A stretch of 64,000 bases of DNA. Origin: the human T2T-CHM13v2.0 reference genome, Homo sapiens. The notes under the pieces were generated by a model that saw only the letters and a list, made by a program, of their open reading frames with translations, was not told where the DNA came from and ran no database searches. Below, piece after piece: positions 28,515 to 47,198 of the stretch. The first letter of the stretch is position 1. Each line of letters begins with the position of its first letter. The position numbers were made by a program, and so were the translations under genes. The stretch lies in the NCBI RefSeq assembly GCF_009914755.1, contig NC_060927.1; one strand, written 5' to 3'.

Positions 28515-28644
28515 CTGAATGAGAGTTTCCATTGAGCTCCCCACTAAAACATCCTGAATCCCAAAGAGGTAAGCGCTACTGTAAGTGAGACAACTGCCCA
28601 GTAAGGTCACAATGTTCAGATTGGGACTGGACATCTTCACAATC
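28515..28644 (-). CDS. GPR156: GPR156 coding exon, 130 nt (last base of R78 to Q121), ICL1 and TM2
   Basis: Acceptor cccctctag|G ATT, donor CAG|gtaggt. Encodes IVKMSSPNLNIVTLLGSCLTYSSAYLFGIQ..., with the GABA-B-like KMSSP.LN motif. The upstream coding exon was not found in the window. Confidence 0.96.
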
Positions 28645-29949
28645 CTAGAGGGGATCAGGAAGAAAGACACTTACAGCCATGACCTTTTGCCTTGGGGCCA
28701 AAGACCTACGAGACCAAAGCTTCCTCACCAGCATAATCTCCAGTGCAGCCTTGGAGTGAAGGACCACTGGGAAGAAACGTCTTTACAGCCCTGTGAAAAC
28801 TTATAATTTCTTTAAATTTATTTTCACAAAGAACTAAACTCTGGCACTTATTCCTTGTATAACTCCCAAGTCTTTTAAAAGAAGGATGACTACCTACAAA
28901 CAGGTGGTATTGGAGAAGAGTTGGGATTTTATGCATGAAGTTTATGGTTGCTAGGGGATTGCTATGTGCAGCTTAGTGAATAAATAACCAGCAGGTAGAT
29001 ATCCACAGAGTTTGGAGCCCTTAGAAAGAGGTTTTTTTTTTTTTTCATATACTATTTACTTTATTTGATATGTAAACCATTTTCCTCTACTTTTCCAAGA
29101 AAGAAAGAGGATAAAGGGATTAGAAGCAGGAAATTGGGGAAAGGCCTTTTCTCAAGTATTAATAGTTTTAGATGAGATTGGAGACAAATTTGAAAGTTAG
29201 AGGGAGATGTAAATAATCAGGGTTTCAGACAAATACCCTGGGCACCAACAGAAGTTCAGGATGTGAACTGGTTAACCTAAGGGCAATGCCAGGCTCACAC
29301 TGGACAGTGACTGATACTAATTAATTACAAGTAACAAGAAGGAAAGACATTGTATTTAAGAATTGTAATCTAAATAGTGTATATAAATGCAACATTTCTA
29401 CTAATAGTCATTTGATAATTATACTTTGTTATACTTTTATTTTTAAATCATAACTAAGGAGGAGAGCATTCTTACCTATGTCTCTTGATGACATGGCAGA
29501 CTGCCTTAAAGGCAGGGCCAAGGCAAAACTATCCACTTAGTGAAGCTTGTTCTAACCACAGGCAAATCACCTAGGAGGCACTAAACAGTTTGGCAGTGCT
29601 GGATTTGCAAGCATCATAACCGCCAGGAGCACGGCTTAGTTACTTTGTGTCTGACATTGTAATACATCCATACACACAAGAACACCAAACCACTGTCCCA
29701 GGCCCCAGGTACTGTCAGCATAGGCCAGTGAATCCAGTTGAGCTTAGCCTTGTTTTGGAGGGAAGATTTTTTTCTTTTTCTAAAAGTGAGAGCAACTTTC
29801 ATGCACACCCTTTTCTAAAATGAGAATAATAATTATGCGATCTACCTTCAAAGAGTTGTAAGGATTTAATAAGGCAATATGGCAAAATGCTTGGCACACG
29901 GCCTGGCACATAGTAGGCATGTTGCCAACATCAGCTGCTTATATTATAA

Positions 29950-30982
<1,033 letters not shown>

Positions 30983-33479
30983 TGATACCATGTTTATCCA
31001 GGATACAATCATGTTAGGAGCAATGGAACTGGGGTTGAGGGTAACAGGTGGGAACACCAGCTCTGCCACTCACAGCTGACTAAGCCTGTCTGACCAGGAA
31101 ACAGGCTCCTATTTCCTCATCTGGAAAATGAAAATAACATCATCTTTTGTATCTACCCCACAGGTTATTGCAAAGATGAGATGATGTATGTGCCAAAACT
31201 GTTTGCAAACTTTAAGATGATGCAAAAATATTACTTTTTAGATTTTTGATGTAACCTTCAGCTCTCAGTAAACACCAATTTTTTCCTGTTCTAGTACATT
31301 CTGTACATTACATTCAGATTTATTAATCTTCACATGCCACATTTATATTTAGCAAAAGAGCTACATGTATAAACAACAAGCTTCTGTGGTTTACCTTAAG
31401 TCTCCTGTATCCAAATTTAAGATCTAGCCCTATCATATGATCCACTTATTCATTCAGGTCTGCCTCCTCAGCCTCCATGTCTTCAGATTGTGGACTTATG
31501 GAGAGTGATTTTCCTTAATTTCTTTATCTCTCCACAAAAGAAGGGGAATATGTGGTGAATATTAACTACAGAAGTAAGAACAGTGCTAACCAGCAGCTTC
31601 ACAAAGCATTTTTTGAAGAAAGGTACTACATTAGAGAGACCAGTGCTGACACTGATTCAGAGCAGAGAGTACTGCTGACCTGGCACCGGCTGCACAGGGC
31701 AGTCAGAAGTTTGAGCAATGGCACAAGCAGTGGGACTCCTGCAAGACCCATAACCCAGGCCATTCCTCCCCATGGCCATTCTCACATTCCTGCACATAAG
31801 CCATGACTATCTGATGGTGACCTCGTCACCAAGCAACTGCCTGGATTTCACAGCCACATGTCTGTTTGGTCCAGATCACTGATCGGTACGTTTCTCTCAT
31901 AATTTTTCTTTGGACCCACTTTATTTGAGTACCACTATACAATCAGTTTTCCTTTGAGTGATACAGTACTACATGAAATCCTGATTGAGGATTCCTTCTC
32001 TTTCTGATTTAGTTAAGAGGAACTCAATTTAGTTATTTTCCAGAAAATATACATTGAATAGTTTTCACCTCTCAGACAGTGGTGCTAATTCATTATTCAA
32101 ATAGACATACTATGGACTTATATATGTATATTGTGATATTTTTCCCGAGCAATCTTACTGAAAACTTGCCTCAGGGAACAAAAGATGAATACAAGATGAT
32201 TTCCCTTTTTTGTTTGGCCAAGTTAACACCTGTGAAGTCACTGAAAGGTGAATCATCTCCAATTCAGCAGGTGAATTATGTATGTCTGGGGAATGTCTTT
32301 GCCACGTTGGTAGGAATTCAGTCACCAATGTCATTTATATTTTTCTATTGAGCTAAAAGATGAAGCCTACATAGCTGAATATTTTAATCAGCCACAAACA
32401 CATAATTTCCACAAAGCAAATAGATTTCAATATTGTATATTTAATTATAGATAGCCAGTACTATCTAGGTTACTTGTCTTCCATTTATGAAGAGTAAAAA
32501 GCCTGAATTGGGTTACTGTCAGTCAGAAACAAGGTGAATTTTTTTTTTAAAGGATTATATAGCTTTCTCATTATCTCTTCCTCTTCATTTATTGAGTGGA
32601 AATGTAAGACAAGAACTTGCTTGATTTTTCTATCCTCAAGTGAGGTTTCAATACATATAGATAAATATTGAACTACATCTGCAAAACCTGTATAATTCTG
32701 CATTATCATTTCAATAGTCTCTAATGAATTCAGATGCTTAAGCCACATCCACCAGCTCAATGGTATGATGTTGCAAAAACTTTATCAAATGTTAATTTCT
32801 CAACTTGGCAGTTTATTTTATTTGAAGTTACTGAGTCTGAAAACATGGCCAGAGAATGGAGCACAAGGTACTTGTTGGCATGCTGTGACTAACAGAAAAC
32901 TTATCCTAAGATGTCACAAGACCATGCTCTCTAAAATGCTATAAAAATTGATGTAAATGGTATCACTGAGCTTTAACCTATCCAAAACCAAATATGAATG
33001 TCTTTCCAAAATGCTTTTTAATAAAACAATTAAAATTTAAATTGTGAAAATTTATCTGATTTCTTTATCAACTTACTGTTTTTGATCCATGCTACAATGG
33101 GATTGTAAATCTAACTCAAATAAAACTCCAAATACCTTTATCATAATGTTATCTGATGTGTTTCAGCAAATTTGATCTTTTAATATCTTGCTTATTTCTA
33201 ATGTATACACTAATCTGCACCCAATTAAAATTCTGCACACCTCAAGCTAATATTAGTGTGACCTCTAACTATTTGTATTTAAAGTATCCATCATAAGGCC
33301 TGACCCCGTTCCCTACTCTCGTGCCTGGGCCACCATCCTCGTAGAACATCCTAGGAGATTTCATTAGCTTTTCAGCCTCCAGAGTTCTAAATTATTCAAT
33401 CATAATGATTTCACTTTATTCCTCTTCAGACACCCATCCCCAGGTTACACTCTGGGTCTTAGGGTCACTCAGAATGGTT

Positions 33480-34465
33480 CCCCTTCAGGAATTGTAAACA
33501 CCAATATCCCAACACCAATTTGACTACAATCTGTTCAAAATTTAACTCCAAGTCTCCCTCTCAATTGCTCACCTTCTTCCCCATTTCAGATAATGGCAAC
33601 TCCACCTTTCAATTTGCCTGGACCAAAAACCTTGGAGTCATCCTGACTCTTGCTCACTACCCACATCCAATCTGTCATAAATCTTGTTGGCTCTATCCTC
33701 GAAATACATCCAGAATCTAACTCCTTCTCACCACCTCTGCTGCCACCACCTGATCAAAGTCTTACTTTGCATTTCTTATTTGGATTATTGCAATAGCCTC
33801 CTAACTGGTCTCCCTGCTTCTACCCTGGCACTTCCCTCAAGTCTATTTTCAACATAGCAGCTAGAGTAATCCATTAAAGAGACATAAGATCACATCACTT
33901 CTGTGCTCAAAACCCCACAATGACTCTCTATTTCCCAGAGGGAAAGCCAGTCTTTACCAGAGTCTACAAAGCCTACACACTCGATCCCTGTTGTTTCTTG
34001 ACCTCATTTCTTACATCTTCTCCAGGCCCACTCCACTCCAGCCACACAGCCTCCTTGCTTTTCCTTGAAAACACCAGGCACTCACACACTGCGAGGCTTT
34101 GAAGTGGCTGTTCTCTCTGCCTGGAATATTTCAATACATGTATCTGCATAGCTCATCCTCTTTCTCTCCTGATTGTGTGTTCATATGTTACCTTCTCAAC
34201 CAGAGCTATGATGACAACCCTATTTAAAATTATACCCTATCCTCGGAATTCTGAATCCTTATTCTGCTCTATTCTCTTCCCCTGCCCCCATCCAACCATA
34301 GTACTTATTACCTTTTAACATATTACATAATTTACTTGTTTATTATTATGATTTTATTTATTGTTTTCTCCTCCCAATAGCATTGTGCATGATGTACTCT
34401 CAGAACTAGAACACTACCTGGACACTGAAGGCACTCAATAAACATCTGAGGAATAAATGAGTGAG
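33480..34465 (+). mobile_element. L2 LINE 3' portion
   Basis: L2-like ggattattgcaatagcctcctaactggtctccctgcttc...ctagaacactacctggacact...gcactcaataaacatc. Confidence 0.85.
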
Positions 34466-36053
34466 CATCCTATCCTCCAGCCCTCTCATGTGCTTACTCC
34501 TACCACATTTGTACATTGACAGCCTACAGACCTCCAGTCACTTGGTTCTTTTGCTTCCTCATAGTTTATCAGTCTCTCTTACTGTCTCTACCTAATTTCA
34601 GATCCCTGGTTGGTCATCTGAACTGTTCTCTCAATAACATCCTATTCCCTTTTCAAACAAGCCCTTCTGCAGCATCTGCCCAATAAAACTCAGATCAGAG
34701 CCACAATCCATTGTCTGCTTTTGCATCCGGGCAGCTGAGTGGTGCAGGAGAAAATTAGACAACCTTGCAGATTGTTGCCACCAAAACTGACGTTCTCCAA
34801 CATCAATCTGCCAAGCTTACTGTGCCATCTATCTTTTTATTTATTCTGAGTTATTTCTTTACATTTTCTTTGTGAGTGACTCACCTCACAGGACTCACAG
34901 AAACAAGAGCATGTATCTGTCTGGATGATGCCCTCAGTCTAGGTTTGGTGCCATCCTCTATGTCCCTAAAACACCCCAGGGTCTATGTGCATCAGTACAA
35001 TTGTCATGTTATATTACCACCTTTTAATGTTAGTTCCAACGGACAGTTTCTACTCCTCAAAAGCCAGGCTGTTTCTTATTCTATAACCCACACCATAGTA
35101 CGGTCTTTGGAAAATGGTAAGTGTTCCATAACCATCTGTTGAATGAATTCATTAATGGATATGGAAACTCCTTCTCTTCTTCTTTCTTTGTCCTCTTCCC
35201 TAATCTTATTTTTCCCTGGCAAAGCACTCCCCTATTAGGCAGAAGGCTGAGGGCTAAGCATGTGTGCCATATGGCTCTTAAAGTACTAGAGATCTGTGAG
35301 AGTTGGGGGAGAGTTAGGAACTGGTTCAATGCCTATGTGTTAGGAGGGGCACATTCTGGGTAATTGTAGTGGTTTCAGGGGGATCCCCACAGTCCCCTGG
35401 AATGGCTGAGAATTCCTTGGAATTAGTGAACACAAGGGCCAGAGATATTTGGGGGGCTCTGAGTGCTGTGGATGCTGTGAACTTCCATAGACACTGGGTT
35501 TTCACCACTTTAACAAATTTGCACACCCCAAACCCTCACTAAAAAGCTTTGCATTCTGGGTAAGCCCTTCCTTTGCCTCCCCTCTTAGCACAGAGCTGAA
35601 AAGAGCCTAAAAATAAACGAGAGAAAGCATCCTAACAGGATGCCTGTAAAGCTTTTTCCTCTCATTCTTTTTGTTTCTAGGAAAGTGCAGCACCTTGAAG
35701 GAGTGTATATTCACATATGCACTGCGTATATGTTTACTTGTCTCCAGTGAGATAGGGCCACTTGAAAGATTCTTTGCCAATGGCTGAATTCTTGCTGGAG
35801 AATTCTCCCAGGAAATGCTTTTGTCCAATATGTTTCTTACGTCGTGTGTTGAGAGCCACGCAGGCCCAGAGATACGATGATAGCCCTTGTCAAGCAATTG
35901 ATGGATGAAATCTCATCTTCACGACCACACAGATTACAGACTCTCAGCAGACATCTGCATCAGAGGTTAACAACATGCATCCCACCCCCAGGCTTCAGAA
36001 AATCTGCTGATCATGGACTGAGTTGCTGCTTGCAGCTAGGCTAGGAAGCAGGC

Positions 36054-36113
36054 CTTTTTACACCCTTGAAGCCAGTAAATTATAACTTTTTACATCCTTG
36101 AAGCCAGTAAATT
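36054..36113. repeat. Near-perfect tandem duplication, 32-bp period
   Basis: ctttttaca(c/t)ccttgaagccagtaaatt occurs twice, separated by ataa. Confidence 0.85.
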
Positions 36114-36399
36114 TGTAAATTATGTTTTGTCATGAGCCAAACACTCAGCACTGCCTCTTGTCCTGGGTGGGCCTGGCCTTTCCAAATCAGCCTGCTTTCC
36201 TGTAGTCCTGCTTTGTTTCACATGGAGAGAGTGATATCCTTACCCCGCACTGTCAGTTCAGGCCCACAGCTGCTGAAGTTGCACCTGGAAGAACAAAGAC
36301 ATTCTGCCCACAGAATAGCTGAATGGTTAGCAGTGCTTGGACCTGATGAAACCAAAGGTCTCTTCTAGCTTCTCCCTTCTCAAGTTATGCCAGAGACAG

Positions 36400-36733
<334 letters not shown>

Positions 36734-37375
36734 CAGAGACAAATTTCTTTTCTCTATCCTCGGCTTATTAATAAGCTGGTTACACTTTGCATTTCTGTCT
36801 CTCTTTCTTAACCAGGAAGGGCAGGCTGACTTGGTTTACCAGAGGTGCAATAGAATTTACACCCAAATCAATCAAATAATCAAATAAACAAAATATTTAG
36901 CTATAAGTGTGAAAGAAGACTTGCTAAATATCGTGCCCCCAAATTCCCCTTTAGCAAATGACCTTGTTTTCCCCATGCTTTATGAGTTATTGCTTTAATG
37001 ATCTTCATGTGCCAAACATTAATTCAACAATTCCTAAATACTAACTTGCCAAGGTATTAAGAACCAGTGATAGGAAGTCAAAGGAGATATAATCTCTGCT
37101 ATCAGCATATTAGGACACCACATCCTTGGTTTCTGACCTTTTCATTGCAAAGACGATTTTCTTATTTGTTCTTTTTCTTTAAAATAGAATAAAATTTTAA
37201 TTTAATATTAGAAGTTGTTTTATCAGTATCTACTAGGCCATTTGACAAAAGTCTACATTCCTGAATCTATGTGTACTATAGATATTAATATGTGAATATA
37301 CATATAAATTGACAGTGTACAAATTTCAGCATTCACAGCTCCCTTGGACTATAAACAGGCCTAAGGATCAACTTT

Positions 37376-37678
37376 TTTTTTCTTTCTTTTTTTATTTTAC
37401 TTTAAGTTCTGGGATACATAGGCAGAATGTGCAGGTTTGTTACATAGTTATACATGTGCCATGGTGGTTTGCTGCACCTATCAACCCATCATCTAGGTTT
37501 TAAGCCCCACATGCATTAAGTATTTGTCCTAATGCTCTCCCTCCCCTTGCCCCCCAACCCCCAACAGGCCTCGGTGTGCGATGTTCCCCTCTCTGTGACC
37601 ATGTGTTCTCATTGTTCAACTCCCACTTATGAGTGAGAACATGCGGTGTTGGGTTTTCTGTTCCGGTGTTAGTTTGCT
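37376..37678 (-). mobile_element. 5'-truncated L1PA 3' end
   Basis: L1PA 3' UTR (atacatgtgccatggtggtttgctgcacc...tcccacttatgagtgagaacatgcgg); TSD aggatcaacttt. Confidence 0.92.
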
Positions 37679-37690
37679 AGGATCAACTTT

Positions 37691-37993
37691 TTAATTTAAT
37701 TTAATTTAATTTTTGAGACAGAGTTTCACTCTCTAATCTAGGCTGGAGTGTACTGGCATGATCTTGGCTTACTGCAACATTTATCTACTGGGCTCAAGCA
37801 ATCCTCCCACCTCAGCTTCCCAAGTAGCTGGCACTACAAGTGCATGCCATCACACCCAGTTAATTTTTATTTTTTTGCAGAGACAAGGTCTCATTGTTAC
37901 CCAGGCTGGTCTCAAACTCCTGGACTCAAGCAATCCTCCCATCTTGGCCTCCCAAAGAGTTGGGATTACAGGAGTGAGCCACCTCTCCTGGCC
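37691..37993 (-). mobile_element. AluJ-type SINE
   Basis: Diagnostic gggctcaagcaatcctccc; TSD aggatcaacttt. Confidence 0.88.
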
Positions 37994-38693
37994 AGGATCA
38001 ACTTTAAAAGCATCCTTGCAACTATTTTAAAAGCTGAAATATGGAAATTTGGATATAAGACTAAATGCCCACTATCTCATTATATAACAGCTGAAGTTTA
38101 GGAACAATAGTGAAAAAGCATAGTGATAAATTCAAGATAAGTTGGTGACAAGGAGGGGGAAAAAGCCCCAAAGGATACCCTTACTGGAAAGGAAGTTTGT
38201 GTGGCTTTACTTAGGAATATTATGGGCACATTCTGCTTTGTTTGTTTATCTTCAAAAAATTAGTTTCTGAATGTATTTTTGCCATATCTCATGCAATTAT
38301 AATATATTTTAGATGAGCTTTTAAATGCTGTGGGGAAAACACTAGACACACACACAAAATCCTCTTTTCGCCTAGAACCTCAGACTCTAGGTTACAACCC
38401 TGGCATGTGTTGTAATTTATGAGGCAATGATTTCAACTTCCTTTCTCCGTTTAGCTGCAGGAAAAGGCCTTGAGCAATTCCTGGCAGGAGACTTGTAGCT
38501 CTTCCAAAAGGGCAGAGCAGATGTCCTGATTTTAAGTAGGGCATGAAGCACAGGCACAATTGGCCATAGGAAACATCCAATCACAAGGAGTCACTGCTAA
38601 AGCAGAATATTATGGGCTTCCAGGTGACATGTAAATTGATCTCCTTGAGGCAGGAAAGATTGCCTGCCATACTGGGGAAGATTCCTCTTTCCT

Positions 38694-38986
<293 letters not shown>

Positions 38987-41009
38987 TCTTTCCTCTCTTT
39001 CTTATCTTCAATTCTGTGGCAGAACTCCGGGCCTTGGTGTATCTTGGAATCTGAGAGGAATCCTGAACAGTGACAGCTGCTGGAATGGTTCCCCATTAAG
39101 CCAGAATCTAGGAATTCATGATGTTGGGACTGGGTTTTACTCAGCTTTGTCCCCATCAGCACCTTCTACAAGGCCCCGAGCCTAGTAGAAACTTATTAAA
39201 TGCCTGTTACGCTGAATAAATCATTAGAATTAGAAGGTTCAGTACTTGGAAGAGATGAAAGGAAGCGTGCTGTACAGGAAGGCCTTGCTTGCTCCCACCT
39301 ATCTCTCCACAGCAGGACTGGAGTCCTTGGGTTCTGAGGAACACAGTTTGAAAATCAGTGATCTGACCTGATTCCTTCATTTTTAGATGAAGAAATTTGC
39401 ATGCTGTTTTATCGCCAGATAGGGACCATGTTGGGACAGCAAATCCAGATGTCCTGACTCCTGGTTTCCTTCAGTGTTCTTTCACTTCCCACTAGTGGAC
39501 CCAACTGCCTGGGGCCTGTTTTCATCACACTGATTAATGAAGACCCAGGGTCTTCCTGCCCTAGTTTCTAACGTCCTGTAGTAGTGCTGGTAGGCCAAGA
39601 ATTTTCACCTGCCTCCTCAACTGAGGATCCACAAAGCCCCCATTTATAGCCGGCAGTGTCAACAAGAGGAGACAGAGAGGAAGCCATGAATCTCCCGGGG
39701 GGCACAGAGCCTGCAGAGCCTCCTGCTGGGTTTTGCCTGCCCCTTTAGATTCTGACTGCTGGCTTGAACCTTGGACCTTGGCACAATTTCCATGATGCCT
39801 CTCGGATTTATCTACTGACTGAACTCCAGACTGAATTCTTGCTACAATCAGCTTTGGGTTCTTGGTTTCTGTCATCGTCTGGTGTCTCCACTGGCTTCAG
39901 CAATGGCCTGGAAGTGTCTGCGCCAGGCTGTGGCAGGAGTTGTAGAGTCTGCCCATGTAATGTGATGTAAAAAGAACAACTAATAGACAATATGTATGTG
40001 TTTAAGCATCTTTTATGGATTACTACTGAGGTAACAGTGTAGTGGAAAGAGCTTGGGCTTTGCCATCAGACTGCCTAGGTTTACTGTGTTGTTTATAGAT
40101 GTTGGAGATTTGCCTAACCACTCTGAAGCAGTTTCCTCATCTGAAAATGGGGAAAATAGTATTTATCCTGCATGCTATAAAGGTTAGAAATAGTGTATTT
40201 AAAGTGCAAAGCACATAAAAGACATGTAATAGAAAGTAACAACTATTTTAATTTAAATTGTATTTACATATATAGGGACTGAGGGCTGATATAATTTATG
40301 AGTTGGAAGCATTGAAGGATCCTGAAGAAACTTTAATCAAAAATTACATTATGGTCAGAATCATCTGAGTGTATTATTGTTACGTCTTAGAAAATTGGTA
40401 ATGGCATAGAATAGTATTAAAAAGAGTAGCCAACACTGATTATCTATGTGCTAGGTGGTTGCTAAGTGCTCTACATAGACAATCTAATGTAATCAGCTTT
40501 CAGAGTTAAGTAGTATCATTACCCCTGTTTTTAAATAGAGAAACAGGGTATAGCAAAGTTCAATAGAAAATCAAGCCACTGGATTTGAGGCTGGGTTTGA
40601 TTCCAGAGCCTGAGTTCTTATACCATTTAATCTTTCACTGCACACATCACCTTTTGTGACCATTGTTAAAGAGGAACCCTTTTCCCCTTCTCTCCGTTTT
40701 CCCTATTGAGAAAATGGAGGCCTATTGAGGAGAGATTCCGGCCCCCTTCCCCATATGGGAAGCTGATGAGAAGGAAGCTTTCATTTCCCTTTCCACCTTA
40801 GTATTAGCTCCTCCCCAAGCCAGGAGTGACCTGTTTGAGAGGCCTGGCCCACGTTCTACCAAATGTTCTTCAAGGCAAGAATCTCCACTTCCCTTTACCC
40901 CTTTCCCACCTCCACCAGGCAGTGAGCTCTCCACTTCCTGGGTCCTGTTTTAGCATTATGTCAAGCAGTGCTTTCTAATTTAGCTTTTGTCAGAAATCCC
41001 TGTGCTTTA

Positions 41010-44290
<3,281 letters not shown>

Positions 44291-44626
44291 GTGTAAGCTT
44301 TTGGTTTGTGTGGTGTATATCGACCTTTAAGAGTAGATGCCTTGGACACCATTTGATCTTGCCCTCTCTATTTACTCTAGCTAGACTGAATCCTGGAGGG
44401 AAGGGGGTATATTTTAGTATGCTGAATTCTTATCAAGCACTTGTTATGTGCTAGACACTATGGCAGGTGTCAGAACACAGCACCATTGTATTTGACTCTG
44501 GGGACTCACAACTTAGCAGACCAGATAAATAAGTGAATAAGTAAACATGGTTATTAAATAATGCAGTAAGTAATACAGGTATGTGTAAAGTGCTATGGCC
44601 ATTGATAAAAAAATTGTTCCCTAGAA

Positions 44627-44815
44627 CAGTGGTTCTTAAATTTTAGAATGCATCAGAATCACGTGGTGAGCTTGTTAAAATTCACATTGCTGGTCCTTAT
44701 CACACAAAGTTTTGGATTAAACAGAGTCTAAAGTGGGGCCCCAAGAAGTTGTATTCTAACAAGTTCCCAGGTGATACTGCTGCTCTGGCCCAGGGCCCAC
44801 ATTTTGAGAGACAGA
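44627..44815. mobile_element. MER5A-like hAT element
   Basis: cagtggttcttaaa...gcatcagaatcac...ttctaacaagttcccaggtgat...cacattttgaga. Confidence 0.8.
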
Positions 44816-45562
44816 AATTTGTCTTAAAGGATAGATAGGAGTTTGTCAGGTGATAAATGAGAAGAGTTGTGAAACAAGGAAGAGCATGAACAAAGACATG
44901 GTGAGGAATGTGCATGGTGTGCTCAAGGAATGGCCATTCTCATGTACGACCAGGGCACAACTTAATTTCAAGGGGAAAAGTGAATATTTTATGTTAGGGC
45001 CAGACTACAAAAGACCTTAAATACTTACCTAAGGAGTTATGTAGGCAGTAGAAGTCTGTATTTTAAAACTAGATTGTGTTTGGGGAAAAAAAAATGCTGG
45101 CAAGAGATCAGTAGCTGAAAATGTCGGCAAGATGAGTTAGGGGACTATTGCAATAGTCCAGATGAAAAACAAATGAAGACTATGGTTGGGCAATGGAGAT
45201 GGACAATAGAAAGATTTGAAAGACATTTCAGAGGTTAAATATCTAAAACCTGGTAACTAGCCGGATGTGTAGGGAGACAAAGGAATCCAGAATGAGAACG
45301 GGTGGATGGTAGTGCTATTAACCACGACAGGAATTACACAAAGGAAGAGCAAGTTTGCTGGTAAGATATTAATCTGGTTTTGGTTACTGGATCAGAATAA
45401 ACTGTGAAACATCTATATGACTATATCAACCATGAAGTTAGAAAATTGGAAGAGAGGCAGCACTAGGATATGTCACAGGAGAGGTTAAAACAAGGTGAAG
45501 GATATAGTGTAAGAAGTGAATCGAGACTGGAACCCAGAGTGTTACCAAAATTAAATAGGTAA

Positions 45563-45662
45563 GGCTTGTCTGAAGTCAGTAGTGTCTACAATTAATTGAT
45601 CACAACCAGTTACAGATTTCTGTGTTCCTTCTCCATTCCCACTGCTTCACTTGACTAGCCTT
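45563..45662 (+). pseudogene. Y3 RNA (RNY3) processed pseudogene
   Basis: Near full-length match to hY3 (ggct.gtc...taattgatcacaaccagttacagatttc...ccactgcttcacttgactagcctt), then an A tail and TSD aaata(g/c)gtaa at 45553-45562 and 45686-45695. Confidence 0.93.
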
Positions 45663-47030
45663 AAAAAAAAAAAAACAAAAAAGAGAAATACGTAAGTAAT
45701 TCTGGAGCCAGTGAAGGTAGCTAGCAAGAAGTAGACAGGTAAAACCAGGACATTCACATATAATAAATGTTAAGAAAAGAGGTTTCAGAAAGGAAGAACA
45801 GAAGAAACAGTTAATGGTGTTATATATCTAAAGGCTAGAAAGAATTTAGTCTAAAAAGCGATCTGTTGATTTAATGACTTTGGCAATGAGTCAGATTTAA
45901 TGACCTTTCAATGGAGTTAGAAGAATGGGTTGAAGAATGAATTGGAGATGAGAAAGTGAGGTGACTAGGGTAGACTATACACTTAGGAGCCTTGGTGGTA
46001 ATAGGAGAGGGAGGACAAGGGCAGTGGCTTTAGGGAGAGGCAAGACGAGAAAAATTTCTTCTGGAGGCCTTCAGAAATCTCAAGATAAACACAAGAGTTT
46101 CCAGTGATTAATCAGTATTTATTCTGCCTACCTGACTTGAAATATGCAAAACACAGAAAACCATTGAATTAACTACTACTGATCCATTCGTAGTAGGCAA
46201 TTTGAATGTGCTATCACTCTGGTATCTTTCTCAATACATTCAGAGGCACATAATTAGTTTGTCTATTGTCTTTTGGTGCCTCAGCACTCCCTGTGCCCCC
46301 TTATTCTCAGCAAAAGATCCCACTGTTATTCTAGCTTCTTCCTTTTAATAGATTTTAAATAATCCCTTTATGTGTTTTGGACTCTCTTCGAAAGTGTTTC
46401 TTAAAGTCTTTTTTCCTATTTTGTACTTAACCTAATACACTCTGTGGGCTCCCTGCTCTCCCTTGGGGAGCTTTTTACATTCTTTGAGAGATGTCATTTT
46501 CCCTCCACAATAACCACTGTGACTGTCACATTTTTATGTGATTGGATTTTTAAAAATTCTCAGATACTCTTTTTCTATGCTTCCAATAAAGTCTCTTAAA
46601 ATAGCCTCCAATCTTTTTATGCCTTTCAAAAGCCTCCCTTTCCATTTCTCCTAGCTAATACTCATTTTTTTTCACTTTCCTTAATGAACATTGAATAATT
46701 GACATAAATTATCTGGGCTTAAAGATTTAATTGTCATGATCACTCACATTTATTGGCTCTCCCATGGTTACCTCATAAAACCAATTCCTGCTCACTAGGC
46801 AAGAACCACAGCCAGACATTTTCTCTAGCTATAGGTGGTTTGAAACTTCCTATTATAGGAAAGTTTATCAATTTTTATTACAAATCTCAACTCTATCTTT
46901 TGACCTGATTAGGCATTTTATGATTCACATTTGAGTTAAGTCTCCCATTTTTAATACCTGGCATAATTTCTAAATTATCAAATCTTTAACATTTTTATAT
47001 TGGTATCATCAGCTTAGTCATGTAGTCTAT

Positions 47031-47190
47031 AGCAATGGCTCTCAAACATTAGAATCAACTGGAGATTTGTTTCTAAAACTGTTGCCTGGGTCCTACCCCA
47101 AGATATTATCATTTAACTGGCCTAGGGTAAAGCCTGAGCATCAGGATTTTAGGAAACTTTAATGTGAACCAAGTTTGAGAACTATTGACT
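47031..47190. mobile_element. MER5-like hAT element
   Basis: caatggctctcaaac...ccaagtttgagaactattg inverted termini. Confidence 0.7.
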
Positions 47191-47198
47191 TAAGAGCA

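Noticed and set aside
31552-32460. Repeat-poor stretch with E-box-like motifs as a possible enhancer
   Set aside because: Short motifs alone cannot support the call without conservation or chromatin data.
35631-35750. Strong plus-strand acceptor (tttttgtttctag at 35680) suggesting an antisense exon
   Set aside because: An isolated splice-like signal with no partner exons or promoter; expected by chance in 64 kb.
39561-39990. Overlapping exon-like ORFs as the missing GPR156 N-terminal exon or a retrogene
   Set aside because: No similarity to the recalled GPR156 N-terminus/TM1 or any protein I recognise; no good donor, poly(A) or TSD.
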